Source of the DNA: an uncultured Rickettsiales bacterium
GTDB taxonomy: Bacteria > Pseudomonadota > Alphaproteobacteria > Rickettsiales > UBA8987
Direction of reading: 5' to 3'
Assembly: GCA_964424715.1 (NCBI GenBank)
Contig: CAYRJW010000003.1
Coordinates: 1 to 49,173 of the forward strand
Length of the DNA: 49,173 nt
Shown here: in pieces, positions 28,390 to 37,413 of the stretch
Layout: the number at the start of each line of letters is the position of its first letter
Position numbering within the stretch: the first letter of the stretch is position 1
Program-made: the position numbers and the translations under genes
Notes under the pieces: generated by a model
Told to the model about the DNA's origin: nothing
The model's database searches: none
Seen by the model: only the letters and a program-made list of their open reading frames with translations

Positions 28390-30249
28390 ATGCTACTTAC
28401 ACCACAGAACGAGGCAGAATTCTATTTATACTCCATCACCAAAAGCCGTGATTTCTGGCGCAGTTCCTGCGAGGCATTAGGAATAGTATTTAAAAACGAT
28501 TTTAAACTGACCAACGAAAATATAGTAGATGCCACTAACCCAAAACACCCAAAATGGTTCACCGGAGCAGCACTCAATATCGCCGATAGCTTTCTTAAAA
28601 AAGCAAAAACAAATCCTGATAAGATAGCTATAATTTACGAAGATGAATCCACTAAGAAAAAAAATATAACCTACCGCGAACTTGATGAATTAAGCAATAA
28701 ATTCGCCAATGCACTGCAAGATAGCGGCATTAAGAAAGGCGATCACATCGGGCTATGCACTGCAGGTATGAATGTGGAATCAATCGCCGCATATCTGGGT
28801 GCAATGAAGTTCGGTGCAACCATAGTATGCCTTCTGCCAACCTCCCAGAAAAGTGAATTGCAGTTGCGCATAGACCAGTTGCCTGCAAAACCAAAACTCA
28901 TGGTAACGCAGGATTACGGTAATAAAAATAACAACCGGCTGCACCCTTTATATGAGAATATCCGTGAACTCGGAATTCCCTCTATCGTGATAAATGATAA
29001 TTCTCTAAAACCAGTGACCATTCGTGAAAATGATAAGACCTTCAATGAATTCATTAATGCTGCTTCGGAAAAATTTGAATCTGCTTCCTTATCACCGGAA
29101 CATCATGTGGCGGTACTATTCTCCTCTGGAACAACCGGAACACCCAAAGCCATCCCGTGGTTTGCCGATTGTTATATAAAAAGCGCCAATGATGGCAGGC
29201 TGCACCATCTGATGAACGACAATGATATTCTCTGCTGGCCAAGCAATTTCGGCTGGATGATGGGTTCTTTTGATATCGCTTCGGCATTTATTAATGATGC
29301 AACCCTTGCAGTGTTTGAGGGCAACCCGGTAAGCAGGAATTTTGCTGCCTTCATCGAAAAGAACGAGATCACGAAATTCGGCATCATACCCGCCTTCGCC
29401 GAAGCGTGGGAAAGAACCGGCCTGTTCAGAAAACGTGATATCACTACAGTAAAGATATTCATGTCGACCTCAGCCGCATCGAACCCGGAAAATTACAGAT
29501 ATATACAAAAACTTCTTAACAATGCGCATCCATGCGAATATTCCGGCGGCACAGAAATTGCAGGCGCTCTGAATACATGCCTGCCTTACTCTCCGGTCGG
29601 CGCTTCAGAATTCAACACTCCCGCCTTCGGTACAAAACTACATTTTATCCCGCATGCAGAAAATAATAACCTTGCCGACCTGTTCATAGTTGTTTCCAAT
29701 AAGGGTGGATATACTCCGCCAATGGGCCTTTCAAGGATTCTGCTGAACAAAGACCATGAAAAAGAATATTTCACCGGTGAAACAAACAGTAATGGCGAAG
29801 CGCTGAGAAAGCACGGCGATACAGTAAATTTCACCGGCAAAATTTTCTCCGGCGATATTGAAGATATAAATGATCTGAGATTCACCTCCTCCGGCAGAGC
29901 CGATGACATAATAAATATAAACGGCAATAAAGTTGGGGCGGATATTCTGGAAGGCTGGATAAGAACAGGTATAAAAGGAAAATCTTCCGAATCCATGATC
30001 GCAGATCTCGCCGTTTTCCAGACCGAGCCTGCATTTGGAAATAAGGTAATATTCTATGTAATGATCAATAAAACCCCCGGAACTGAAAACCCGAAGGACA
30101 TAATCACCAGAGAATTCAAGGATGCCATAAAGGTCAATAATGCCTTATTCGCCGCTATCGATGATATTGTATTTGTCGATAAGATCTCTAAAATGGGTTC
30201 CAAGGTACAAAGAAAGGAAATGAGAAAGAATTACAACCCAAGATCATAG
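28390..30249 (+). CDS. AMP-dependent synthetase/ligase (acetyl-/acetoacetyl-CoA-synthetase-like)
   Basis: 619 aa. WFTGAALNIADSFL N-terminal block, AMP-binding motif LFSSGTTGTPKAI, YSGGTEIAG, SSGRADD. Substrate not inferable. Confidence 0.75.
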   Translation: MLLTPQNEAEFYLYSITKSRDFWRSSCEALGIVFKNDFKLTNENIVDATNPKHPKWFTGAALNIADSFLKKAKTNPDKIAIIYEDESTKKKNITYRELDELSNKFANALQDSGIKKGDHIGLCTAGMNVESIAAYLGAMKFGATIVCLLPTSQKSELQLRIDQLPAKPKLMVTQDYGNKNNNRLHPLYENIRELGIPSIVINDNSLKPVTIRENDKTFNEFINAASEKFESASLSPEHHVAVLFSSGTTGTPKAIPWFADCYIKSANDGRLHHLMNDNDILCWPSNFGWMMGSFDIASAFINDATLAVFEGNPVSRNFAAFIEKNEITKFGIIPAFAEAWERTGLFRKRDITTVKIFMSTSAASNPENYRYIQKLLNNAHPCEYSGGTEIAGALNTCLPYSPVGASEFNTPAFGTKLHFIPHAENNNLADLFIVVSNKGGYTPPMGLSRILLNKDHEKEYFTGETNSNGEALRKHGDTVNFTGKIFSGDIEDINDLRFTSSGRADDIININGNKVGADILEGWIRTGIKGKSSESMIADLAVFQTEPAFGNKVIFYVMINKTPGTENPKDIITREFKDAIKVNNALFAAIDDIVFVDKISKMGSKVQRKEMRKNYNPRS

Positions 30250-30401
30250 AAATCCTATCTCCCCATAACCCTCATGGTACGCGCATTAGGCACCCGCTTT
30301 AAGCCTTAGCGAACTAATTGATGTTCAAAACGATAAAAAATAAATAGTCTAACTTTAGGCTTCCAAATTCCGCTCTTTATCCTTATAACAAACTAACTTC
30401 C

Positions 30402-30441
30402 GGGGACGTAGCTCAGCTGGATAGAGCAAGTGATTCCTAAT
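30402..30441 (+). pseudogene. 5' half of tRNA-Arg(CCU), truncated after the anticodon loop (attL side)
   Basis: ggggacgtagctcagctggatagagcaagtgattcctaat is identical to nt 1-40 of the intact copy at 31701-31777. Similarity ends at 30442. Confidence 0.9.
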
Positions 30442-30602
30442 GGGCGGGTCTAAAACTTGTATCTAGTTGTTTTTATATAAGAATTTAGATGCAGTTATAA
30501 GCCCAAGATGTAAAAGTAAGGTAATGGTAAGGTTTATTGTCGGAAGGTTTGCAGTATTAAAAATACTACACCAGAATGTTAATCTTACCAGTAACGATGA
30601 GG

Positions 30603-31652
30603 TTATATAACAATTTCAGGAGGTTCTCCTACTGGCAAATTTAGTTCCTCAGAATTTGTATATTGTATTCTACCATCATCAAAAACTTTCTTGATAGATG
30701 CTAACTTAACCTTAAAGCCATGTCGCAATATATACTTACCAAATTCCCTTAAATAATTATCATTAGATTTGGCTTTACACAAGTTAATGAGCTCTTTTCC
30801 AACGCCTGTTAAATTAAAAGATTGTATCTCTAATTTTTTAGAAGGATCATCATCTTCAATAATTAAAACTCTGTCTTTACTTGTTAAAGAGCTTAGAAAC
30901 CTATCACTAGCCAAAGAGATAAATTCATTGTTCAATGCTATAGACTCTACCCCAACTAAAACTCCTATTTCTTGCATTTTTAATAATAAACTATAGGGGA
31001 TTCCATTTGAAGCTAACCATTTATCATCTCGATAAACTATTCCAGACACAGCAAAAGGGGCAAGTCGGGCAACATCTTCGGCATCTTTTTGTGATGCATT
31101 TTTTAAAAATTCTAGAGTTCTCAGTGAAAAACTGCCAGGGACTTTTGTTTCTCCCGCCAACACTTTACCCCAAAGACTTTGAAGGTCTTCGGAAGATACC
31201 TTGCTTGCACAATCCCGCCAACGATGAATCCAATCATCATTAATCGGCATTTCTGAGGGCTCCTCTTGGTCATTCTCAAGCTCTGCCTCAGCTACTAATA
31301 TAGCCTTAGCAACATTAACTTCTTTTCGTATTTCATTAATAATATTTTGAGAATTTATAGCTTTAGTCAAAAAATCTCTTTCCATAATTTGTTCTGGTAT
31401 TTTATCTGATGGTAAAACTTTTTTTGATTTATCAGATAATAGTCTAATACTTAAATCATTTTCTAAAACAGCTTTACCTTGCCTTATATCTTCAGCAATT
31501 TTTTCAGCCTGAGCTATTCTAAGTGTATTCTCTACCTGGACATCAGTTATAGCTTCGCCTACTCGACGTATTTGTCTAGGCTCTAACCAGCCACCAATGC
31601 CATTATCAACACAAGAGCGCCACATTTTAATCATTAATTTCTGACCAAGCAT
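30603..31652 (-). CDS. DUF2806-like hypothetical protein (island cargo)
   Basis: 349 aa. The block PINDDWIHRWRDCASKVSSEDLQSLWGKVLAGETKVPGSFSLRTLEFLKNASQKDAEDVARLAPF matches my recollection of the DUF2806 core. The N-terminal half looks coiled-coil. It starts 48 nt downstream of, and is co-oriented with, the intact tRNA. Confidence 0.55.
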   Translation of the reverse strand: MLGQKLMIKMWRSCVDNGIGGWLEPRQIRRVGEAITDVQVENTLRIAQAEKIAEDIRQGKAVLENDLSIRLLSDKSKKVLPSDKIPEQIMERDFLTKAINSQNIINEIRKEVNVAKAILVAEAELENDQEEPSEMPINDDWIHRWRDCASKVSSEDLQSLWGKVLAGETKVPGSFSLRTLEFLKNASQKDAEDVARLAPFAVSGIVYRDDKWLASNGIPYSLLLKMQEIGVLVGVESIALNNEFISLASDRFLSSLTSKDRVLIIEDDDPSKKLEIQSFNLTGVGKELINLCKAKSNDNYLREFGKYILRHGFKVKLASIKKVFDDGRIQYTNSEELNLPVGEPPEIVI

Positions 31653-31700
31653 AATATTAACCTTAATTACGAAGTAATAATAAATAATATATTATTGAAA

Positions 31701-31777
31701 TGGTGGGAACGAGATGATTCGAACATCCGACCTAGTGATTAGGAATCACTTGCTCTATCCAGCTGAGCTACGTCCCC
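31701..31777 (-). tRNA. tRNA-Arg (anticodon CCU), intact, CCA-encoded, inside the element
   Basis: The reverse complement folds as a 77-nt cloverleaf: acceptor ggggacg/cgttccc (one G-U pair), D arm gctc/gagc, anticodon arm agtga-ttCCTaa-tcact, variable aggtc, T arm ggatg-ttcgaat-catct, discriminator a, then cca. Confidence 0.93.
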
Positions 31778-31967
31778 AGAGACTTAGTTTCGCGAAGCTA
31801 TACCAAATATTATAAAATGCAATTTTAAACTTAGTAATTTTTTCTTTTATACCTGCATTTATGGCAGTTTTTAGCGATATTTCTTATAAAATCATCTATA
31901 AGAACAAACCCCTTTAACTTTCAAAAATTTCAAACTATGGTTGAAACCGAAGCGTATTATGCGCTTT

Positions 31968-32138
31968 GGGGCGTAAGAACCTCACTTAGTTCGGCAGTAG
32001 CATCTGCCGTTATCAAACTGCCATCTCAACCTTGGTTGGGGTGGTGGCGTTATATAATAGGCTCGCGCTGAAAGCGTCACGGTCATGACTAAGTGACTTC
32101 TTAACACCCCGGCACCATTGCGAAAAAGCACTGGTGCT
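31968..32138 (+). ncRNA. candidate structured RNA or 5' leader upstream of the island lipoprotein gene
   Basis: A long closing helix of about 21 bp (31968-31990 with 32088-32110) encloses hairpins CGGCAG-tagcat-CTGCCG (31992-32009) and CCATCTCAAC-cttg-GTTGGGGTGG (32021-32044). The latter has two G-U pairs that are valid only on the + strand. A further hairpin GCACCATTGC-gaaaaa-GCACTGGTGC (32112-32137) follows. Class unknown. Confidence 0.45.
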
Positions 32139-32167
32139 GATTGTTATAAACAATAAGGGAGTTCGAG

Positions 32168-32788
32168 ATGATCATTACAAAAAAATTAGTTCCTACAATT
32201 ATATTAACAGTTGCCCTTTCTGGTTGCGTGAGCAAAGGCTGGAATGTTTCGCATCTCCATGACGAATTTACCAATGATAATATTTGTAGGGTAGAGCGGA
32301 ATAGTCCTGAAATGCGCGAGTTTGCAAGAAATTGGACTAGGACATTTTTTTCTTCCTACTTTTTTGCTGAAAAATATAACGATCAGGTGCGGGCTGGTAT
32401 AAGATCCGAGCCGCAAATACCGATAGCTGGCGATGTGCAGATAAAAATTGGCAGTAAGCTGGTAACACTGACATCAGATGATACGCCGATAGATGTAGCA
32501 CCTCATATACCTCAATACAAAATGAGTAAAGAGGTTGAGAAAACCTTGGGTGCTGGTTTTAATACCAGCATGAAACAAATGACCGATAGCATCCAAAAAT
32601 TAGGATCACCCTATAGAGCCTTGACCGGACAGAAAGCGATAAACCTGTTACGGGATATGGCAAATACCCAAGGGGAAATAAAATATAGAACCGTGGGGTT
32701 CAATTCCGCGCTATCGACCACTGGTACTATAACCACTGGTCCGGAATTCGTTAAGGCGTTAAACGAATGTGGTATAGATATTAACTAG
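32168..32788 (+). CDS. hypothetical lipoprotein (island cargo)
   Basis: 206 aa. Lipobox LTVALSGC-VSKG and an AAGGGAG RBS 7 nt upstream of the ATG. No family recognised. Confidence 0.6.
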   Translation: MIITKKLVPTIILTVALSGCVSKGWNVSHLHDEFTNDNICRVERNSPEMREFARNWTRTFFSSYFFAEKYNDQVRAGIRSEPQIPIAGDVQIKIGSKLVTLTSDDTPIDVAPHIPQYKMSKEVEKTLGAGFNTSMKQMTDSIQKLGSPYRALTGQKAINLLRDMANTQGEIKYRTVGFNSALSTTGTITTGPEFVKALNECGIDIN

Positions 32789-32969
32789 CACATTCTTATT
32801 TTAACGGCGCTACAGCTATGGTTTTTGCTTTTTACAACCCACCCTACTGGAAGATAGATAAAGTTAGCCAGCGAGGAGAAAAGCCTGCCATTAACTTTAT
32901 CCAACTCTCACGCGCGCGTATAGTAAAAACCCCTAAGTATATAAAGTTAGTTTATCTGGTTGATACACC

Positions 32970-33041
32970 TAGTGCCCCTCAATTTCTTAAAAATTTTTTA
33001 AAGATTAAGAATTAAAATTAATTTAATATTGAGGGGCACTA
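32970..33041. repeat. 14-bp perfect inverted repeat with AT-rich 44-nt spacer between convergent genes
   Basis: tagtgcccctcaat (32970-32983) and attgaggggcacta (33028-33041). Lies between the lipoprotein stop and the primase stop. Confidence 0.6.
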
Positions 33042-33055
33042 AAATTAGGGGGTAC

Positions 33056-35257
33056 TTAAAAAACTTCAGGGTCACGCAGTTCCTGATTTTGTTCTTCTTT
33101 GTTACCTTTAACATATGCCCATTCAGGCTTACCCCCAAATCTTTTCTTCTCTCTGGTCCAACCTAATTCTCTCATAATATCGCCGATACGTTTATTATGT
33201 TCGTAATTCCTGTGTGATATTGGTATTTCAAGGATATCCCAAATATTTTGAGTTCTGATTTTACCAGTTCTATCACCTAATTTATCAGATAATATTTGTA
33301 GATATGGATCTTCAATTCTTCTTGCTGCCTGTTCTTCAGCGGCCATTGAATATAATGATGGATCAAGCCTAATAGAATACCCTTGGGCTTCTAGATGAAC
33401 TGCTTCAGCCCATAGTTGATCCCTGTCTTGCTTTAACATTTCAATATCAAATTTACCAACTTTAACTGGCCAAAACCTCCTATTACCTGTATTATCAGTC
33501 AGGTATTTATCACTATTTGTTGTACCTACTATTATACACTGCCTTGGCATCTCAGTTGTTAATCTGGCATATGCAAGCCGAGATTTATCTACACTTCTGG
33601 ATAAAAATGATTTTAAGCTTTCAGTATCAGCTTTTCTTAGGCCCTGTAGTTCGCCCGCCTCGATAATCCAGTGCCCTGCCATAGACTCCATTAAGCGTTT
33701 TGTATCCATATTAAAGGGAAGATCATCACTAAACCATTCTGGGTTTACTGCTAAAATTCTAAGAGCTGTAGATTTTAATTGACCCTGCTTACTTTCCAAA
33801 ATCACCATTTCATCAAACTTACACCCAGGTCGTTTTATGCGCCTTACAGCAGCTACCAAAAGAATTTGTCCTATCTTTCTATTAAGCTCTGTGTCTTCCG
33901 CTCCAGCATATTTAACCAACCAATTATCAGTTCTATTTACTCCATCCCAATTCAAAGTTTGGAAATAGTCTTCTACAGGGTGAAAACTGTTTGCCCTAGC
34001 CTGATCTTCAATAATCATCCAAAAAAAGTTTTTATCTAATTTAAAACCAAACTCTTTTTCAATTTTTAAATATATTCTAGCAACTGCTGCATCATCCAGA
34101 TAATTACCAAATCCCTCTAATCCTTCAATTAGCTGCCTATTAGAAAATTTATCATAGCTAAGCTTAATACCTAGTTTTCTAAGAGCTATTAAAACATTTT
34201 CCTGATTTTTAACTATCTTACCACCTCTATCAACAATGAAAGATTGGGTATCTATTAAGATTTTTTCTTTAGCTCGCTGTATCTGCCTGATTGCGTATTT
34301 TTCATGGTTTTTATTTTCTAACACACTCTCTGATATAGCATATCTTTTATCTGTAATAATCGAATATACAACATTATCAGGTACATTGCCCCTAACCAAG
34401 TTGCAAACCACATCAAATAACCAAGCCGATCTTGAACTGTCGTTTTCTTTTGGATTATCAGGATCATGTCCCTGTACTATTATGACTTTTATTCTATCAT
34501 CTATATTCCATTTATTTAGATCATCAATAGAATTTAATATGTGAATTTCAAGATCGCTTGAGATAGATATTTTTTCCTCTGAAGACTTGTTTTCTGTAGC
34601 CTTTGAAAATTGTTCTAGGCCATAAACATTATTTTCATTAAAGTGAACCAATGAAGCAACGCGAGGTAATCTGCCTCTTTTAATTTTCTTTGCGTCGGGT
34701 ATATTTAAAGTTCCAGGTAACCGCATAAGGCGGTCTACATTGTGGCAGTTATCAGCATTGAACACTTTTTCTATGTACTTGTTATAAAGTTTTGTCTCTT
34801 CAGCCAACTTTATATTACCGTTAATTGGTATTGGTTCCTTTAACTCCCAGAAAGCCTGATATCCACCCCCTGAAAAAATAATATAAGTTGGCTCAGGAAT
34901 TCCTTGAGGCCTTTTATCAGTTAAGAGTGAATATATCCTTTTAATTTCTGATTCAAGATCAGCGCCCGCTTTGGCATCAATATCAACATGTAAATAGTCA
35001 ACTTGTTTAATGTCTTCACGGCTTGCTTTACTGTATAAATTCCTGAGAACAGTATTAACATGATAATATAGATTATCTTTACCATTATGCCTATCTAACC
35101 AACTATTACATTTATCATAATCTTTTGGATAAAAAGTTTCGGTTGTAATTTTCTTTTTATCTAACTGTATAGCACTTAAAACCCAAGGGCCATTGGGGTG
35201 AAATATTTTTAAGAAATCTATAACTTGTTTATTATCTGGTTTTAAAGAATTATTCAT
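33056..35257 (-). CDS. AEP-type primase-polymerase fused to a VirE/VapE-family (P-loop) domain
   Basis: 733 aa. N-terminal AEP motifs YLHVDIDA (DxD), FSGGGYQAFW and DRLMRLPGTLN. C-terminal VirE-like block CIIVGTTNSDKYLTDNTGNRRFWPVKV. Confidence 0.85.
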   Translation of the reverse strand: MNNSLKPDNKQVIDFLKIFHPNGPWVLSAIQLDKKKITTETFYPKDYDKCNSWLDRHNGKDNLYYHVNTVLRNLYSKASREDIKQVDYLHVDIDAKAGADLESEIKRIYSLLTDKRPQGIPEPTYIIFSGGGYQAFWELKEPIPINGNIKLAEETKLYNKYIEKVFNADNCHNVDRLMRLPGTLNIPDAKKIKRGRLPRVASLVHFNENNVYGLEQFSKATENKSSEEKISISSDLEIHILNSIDDLNKWNIDDRIKVIIVQGHDPDNPKENDSSRSAWLFDVVCNLVRGNVPDNVVYSIITDKRYAISESVLENKNHEKYAIRQIQRAKEKILIDTQSFIVDRGGKIVKNQENVLIALRKLGIKLSYDKFSNRQLIEGLEGFGNYLDDAAVARIYLKIEKEFGFKLDKNFFWMIIEDQARANSFHPVEDYFQTLNWDGVNRTDNWLVKYAGAEDTELNRKIGQILLVAAVRRIKRPGCKFDEMVILESKQGQLKSTALRILAVNPEWFSDDLPFNMDTKRLMESMAGHWIIEAGELQGLRKADTESLKSFLSRSVDKSRLAYARLTTEMPRQCIIVGTTNSDKYLTDNTGNRRFWPVKVGKFDIEMLKQDRDQLWAEAVHLEAQGYSIRLDPSLYSMAAEEQAARRIEDPYLQILSDKLGDRTGKIRTQNIWDILEIPISHRNYEHNKRIGDIMRELGWTREKKRFGGKPEWAYVKGNKEEQNQELRDPEVF

Positions 35258-35258
35258 A

Positions 35259-35558
35259 TTAGTTACCTTTTATTTTTTGATTAATTGTGTTGGTTTTTGA
35301 ATTTTTAAGCATGAATTCATCGAGGTGCTCGCGCTTGTAACGAACCGCCTGACCACAATTAATTTTTATAAATTGCGGTCCTTGTCCTGTAATGCGCCAG
35401 CTTTCAAGGCGCTGTTTGCTTAAATTAAGATACTTTGCAGCTTGTTCTGTATTGAGATATTCAGTTTGAGAAAAAGAATTATCTTGTATCCTCTTTACTG
35501 CTTCCTCAATTGATCTTTGAATGAACTTTTCAATTATTGAATAATCGATACTTTGCAT
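35259..35558 (-). CDS. AlpA/excisionase-family helix-turn-helix DNA-binding protein
   Basis: 99 aa. YLNTEQAAKYLNLSKQRLESWRITGQGPQFIKINCGQAVRYKREHLDEFM is the excisionase-type HTH pattern. Located 1 nt upstream of the primase gene. Confidence 0.75.
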   Translation of the reverse strand: MQSIDYSIIEKFIQRSIEEAVKRIQDNSFSQTEYLNTEQAAKYLNLSKQRLESWRITGQGPQFIKINCGQAVRYKREHLDEFMLKNSKTNTINQKIKGN

Positions 35559-35841
35559 ACACTACTCCTACTAACTTTATTAGACCATTGTCGCGGGTCT
35601 GTTAGTAGCAGAGGTAGATAGTATGCTATTCACATAGTGAACTATCTCGTTACGCTTTTTCAGTAACAAAGGGTCAGGATTCCTCTCTTCTTATGACATG
35701 AAGTTGCCGATACATGCAGTGCCTGCCATGCAGCTCGGGTTATTAGCCTATGTACATCGGCATTTAGAATACCATCACTATCGTGTAAAGAAGTTTTTTA
35801 ATCATTTGAATTTTATTTTTCTGACGAATCAGAAATGCATC

Positions 35842-37035
35842 TTATACTGTTGTAAACTGTATTATGCCCATCTTCTGCTTCAAATAATCCGCCACTTTTT
35901 GCTGTTGCACGGCAAGGTGCTGAATGTCTTGCTTGATGTAGCCAGCGGTAACGGTGCTCTTTGCAGGGCGGTGATTCGTTAGCACTTCTATGTCATATGG
36001 TGACAGTCCTGCGCTGTTAGCAGCAGTGGTGTATGTATCGCGCAGCCTGTGCGGTGATGGCAAGCCACGCTTATTTTCTTTTGGCTCTCGAAGATGCGTT
36101 ATATTACCGTTAATATCGCGCGTAGGAAATAGCCACTCACAATCTTTGCCAAACAATATTTCGTTTTCTACTCTTCTGCGTTTTAATATCTCAATGCATA
36201 TATCTGGTAATGGTATTGTAAAAGCGCGCTCCTTGCCGCCCTTAGGATTTGGGCGGTGTAGCGTACCTGCTTCAATATTTACATCCTTCCAGTTTATTGT
36301 GCAGGTATCCGTTCTTCTAAGCCCAGTGAAGATAAGGAAAAACTGAAAATCCCTTCTAAGGATGTTAGGCATCTTCATCACTTTTGTGTACCATTCTTGT
36401 AATTTATCAGCTTCTATTGGTTCTTGCTTGCGATATTCTTTGTACCACTGAACCGCTATAGATGGATTTGGTGGCAGCAGTTCATCTTCTTTCATGGCGG
36501 TGTTGTACACGGCACGAAATAACCTCATTGCATGGTTGGCAACATAATGCCCGTGATTAGTGCCAATATAACTATGCAGTTGTCTAATTTCTGCTCTGGT
36601 TAAACTTGCTAGACTTCTGTTTTTTATTTTCTGCAAATAATCTTTTATAAGTTTTTCGTAACCGAAAATTGTTCTGGCAGATGCATTCTTGCGCTTCATC
36701 GCTTCCTTGTGCATTTCCCAAGCTTCATCAAATGTAATTTGCTTAACTTCAATTTCTTTCTCTTTTTTCTTAGCTGCTATGTCTATGCCTTTGTCTAAAA
36801 ACAGCAGCCTTTCTCTTGCTTCTCTTTTTGCTTCGTCAACTGTCCATACACCATAACGGCCAATTTTATTTCTGATTGTTTTGCCGTTAATATCGCGTTG
36901 CACAATAAAAGTTTTAGAATCTTTGCCAGCCTTCAACCCAAAGCCTTTGAGCTCAGTATCCCAATACAAAAGGTATCTAGCATTGCCCAAAGAAATGCTA
37001 TCTATGTTCTTTTTTGTAAGTTTCAGCAGCGGCAT
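35842..37035 (-). CDS. int: tyrosine-type site-specific integrase (P4-like, DUF4102 arm-binding N-terminus)
   Basis: 397 aa. N-terminal LYWDTELKGFGLKAGKDSKTFIVQ (DUF4102-like). Catalytic residues in GLRRTD (R), HRLRDTY (HxxR) and HRPAKSTVTAGYI (H...Y). Confidence 0.9.
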   Translation of the reverse strand: MPLLKLTKKNIDSISLGNARYLLYWDTELKGFGLKAGKDSKTFIVQRDINGKTIRNKIGRYGVWTVDEAKREARERLLFLDKGIDIAAKKKEKEIEVKQITFDEAWEMHKEAMKRKNASARTIFGYEKLIKDYLQKIKNRSLASLTRAEIRQLHSYIGTNHGHYVANHAMRLFRAVYNTAMKEDELLPPNPSIAVQWYKEYRKQEPIEADKLQEWYTKVMKMPNILRRDFQFFLIFTGLRRTDTCTINWKDVNIEAGTLHRPNPKGGKERAFTIPLPDICIEILKRRRVENEILFGKDCEWLFPTRDINGNITHLREPKENKRGLPSPHRLRDTYTTAANSAGLSPYDIEVLTNHRPAKSTVTAGYIKQDIQHLAVQQQKVADYLKQKMGIIQFTTV

Positions 37036-37413
37036 GTATTTCTCCTTTTCTGAACAAAATTATTGTTCAGAGGTCGAGGAAAGCAATGAAAACCGGAGAG
37101 TTCACAACTTCCTTCAGCCAAAACTTTTTAATATACATGTTTTTAACCCAATCAACATGTTTTTTGTTCATCAGGATTTAAGAATTAGTGACAAATGGAA
37201 GGGTAAGATATTGTTATAGAATGGTTTTAAAATTCGGCGACTTTGACACAGTTAAACTTTAGAAGCGGATTTTTTTAGTTAACTTATGTTTATAAGAAGG
37301 TACTTTTTCATTATTAGGGCTTGTATGCTCAAAGTACTTCTGACTTTTGTTATATTCTATTGGAATTTGCAACTTGGGAGGGTATTATCAAGCGAATAGG
37401 GTGAGGGAAAATT

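Noticed and set aside
30442-30460. Possible continuation of the tRNA after the 5' half (gggcgggtc versus ctaggtcgg)
   Set aside because: Only a few scattered matches and no T-arm or acceptor 3' strand. The tRNA similarity genuinely stops at 30441.
32818-33015. 65-aa ORF between the lipoprotein and primase genes, and similar small island ORFs (35698-35982, 36881-37219)
   Set aside because: No RBS or family support. They overlap the inverted repeat or run antisense to int. Treated as non-coding.
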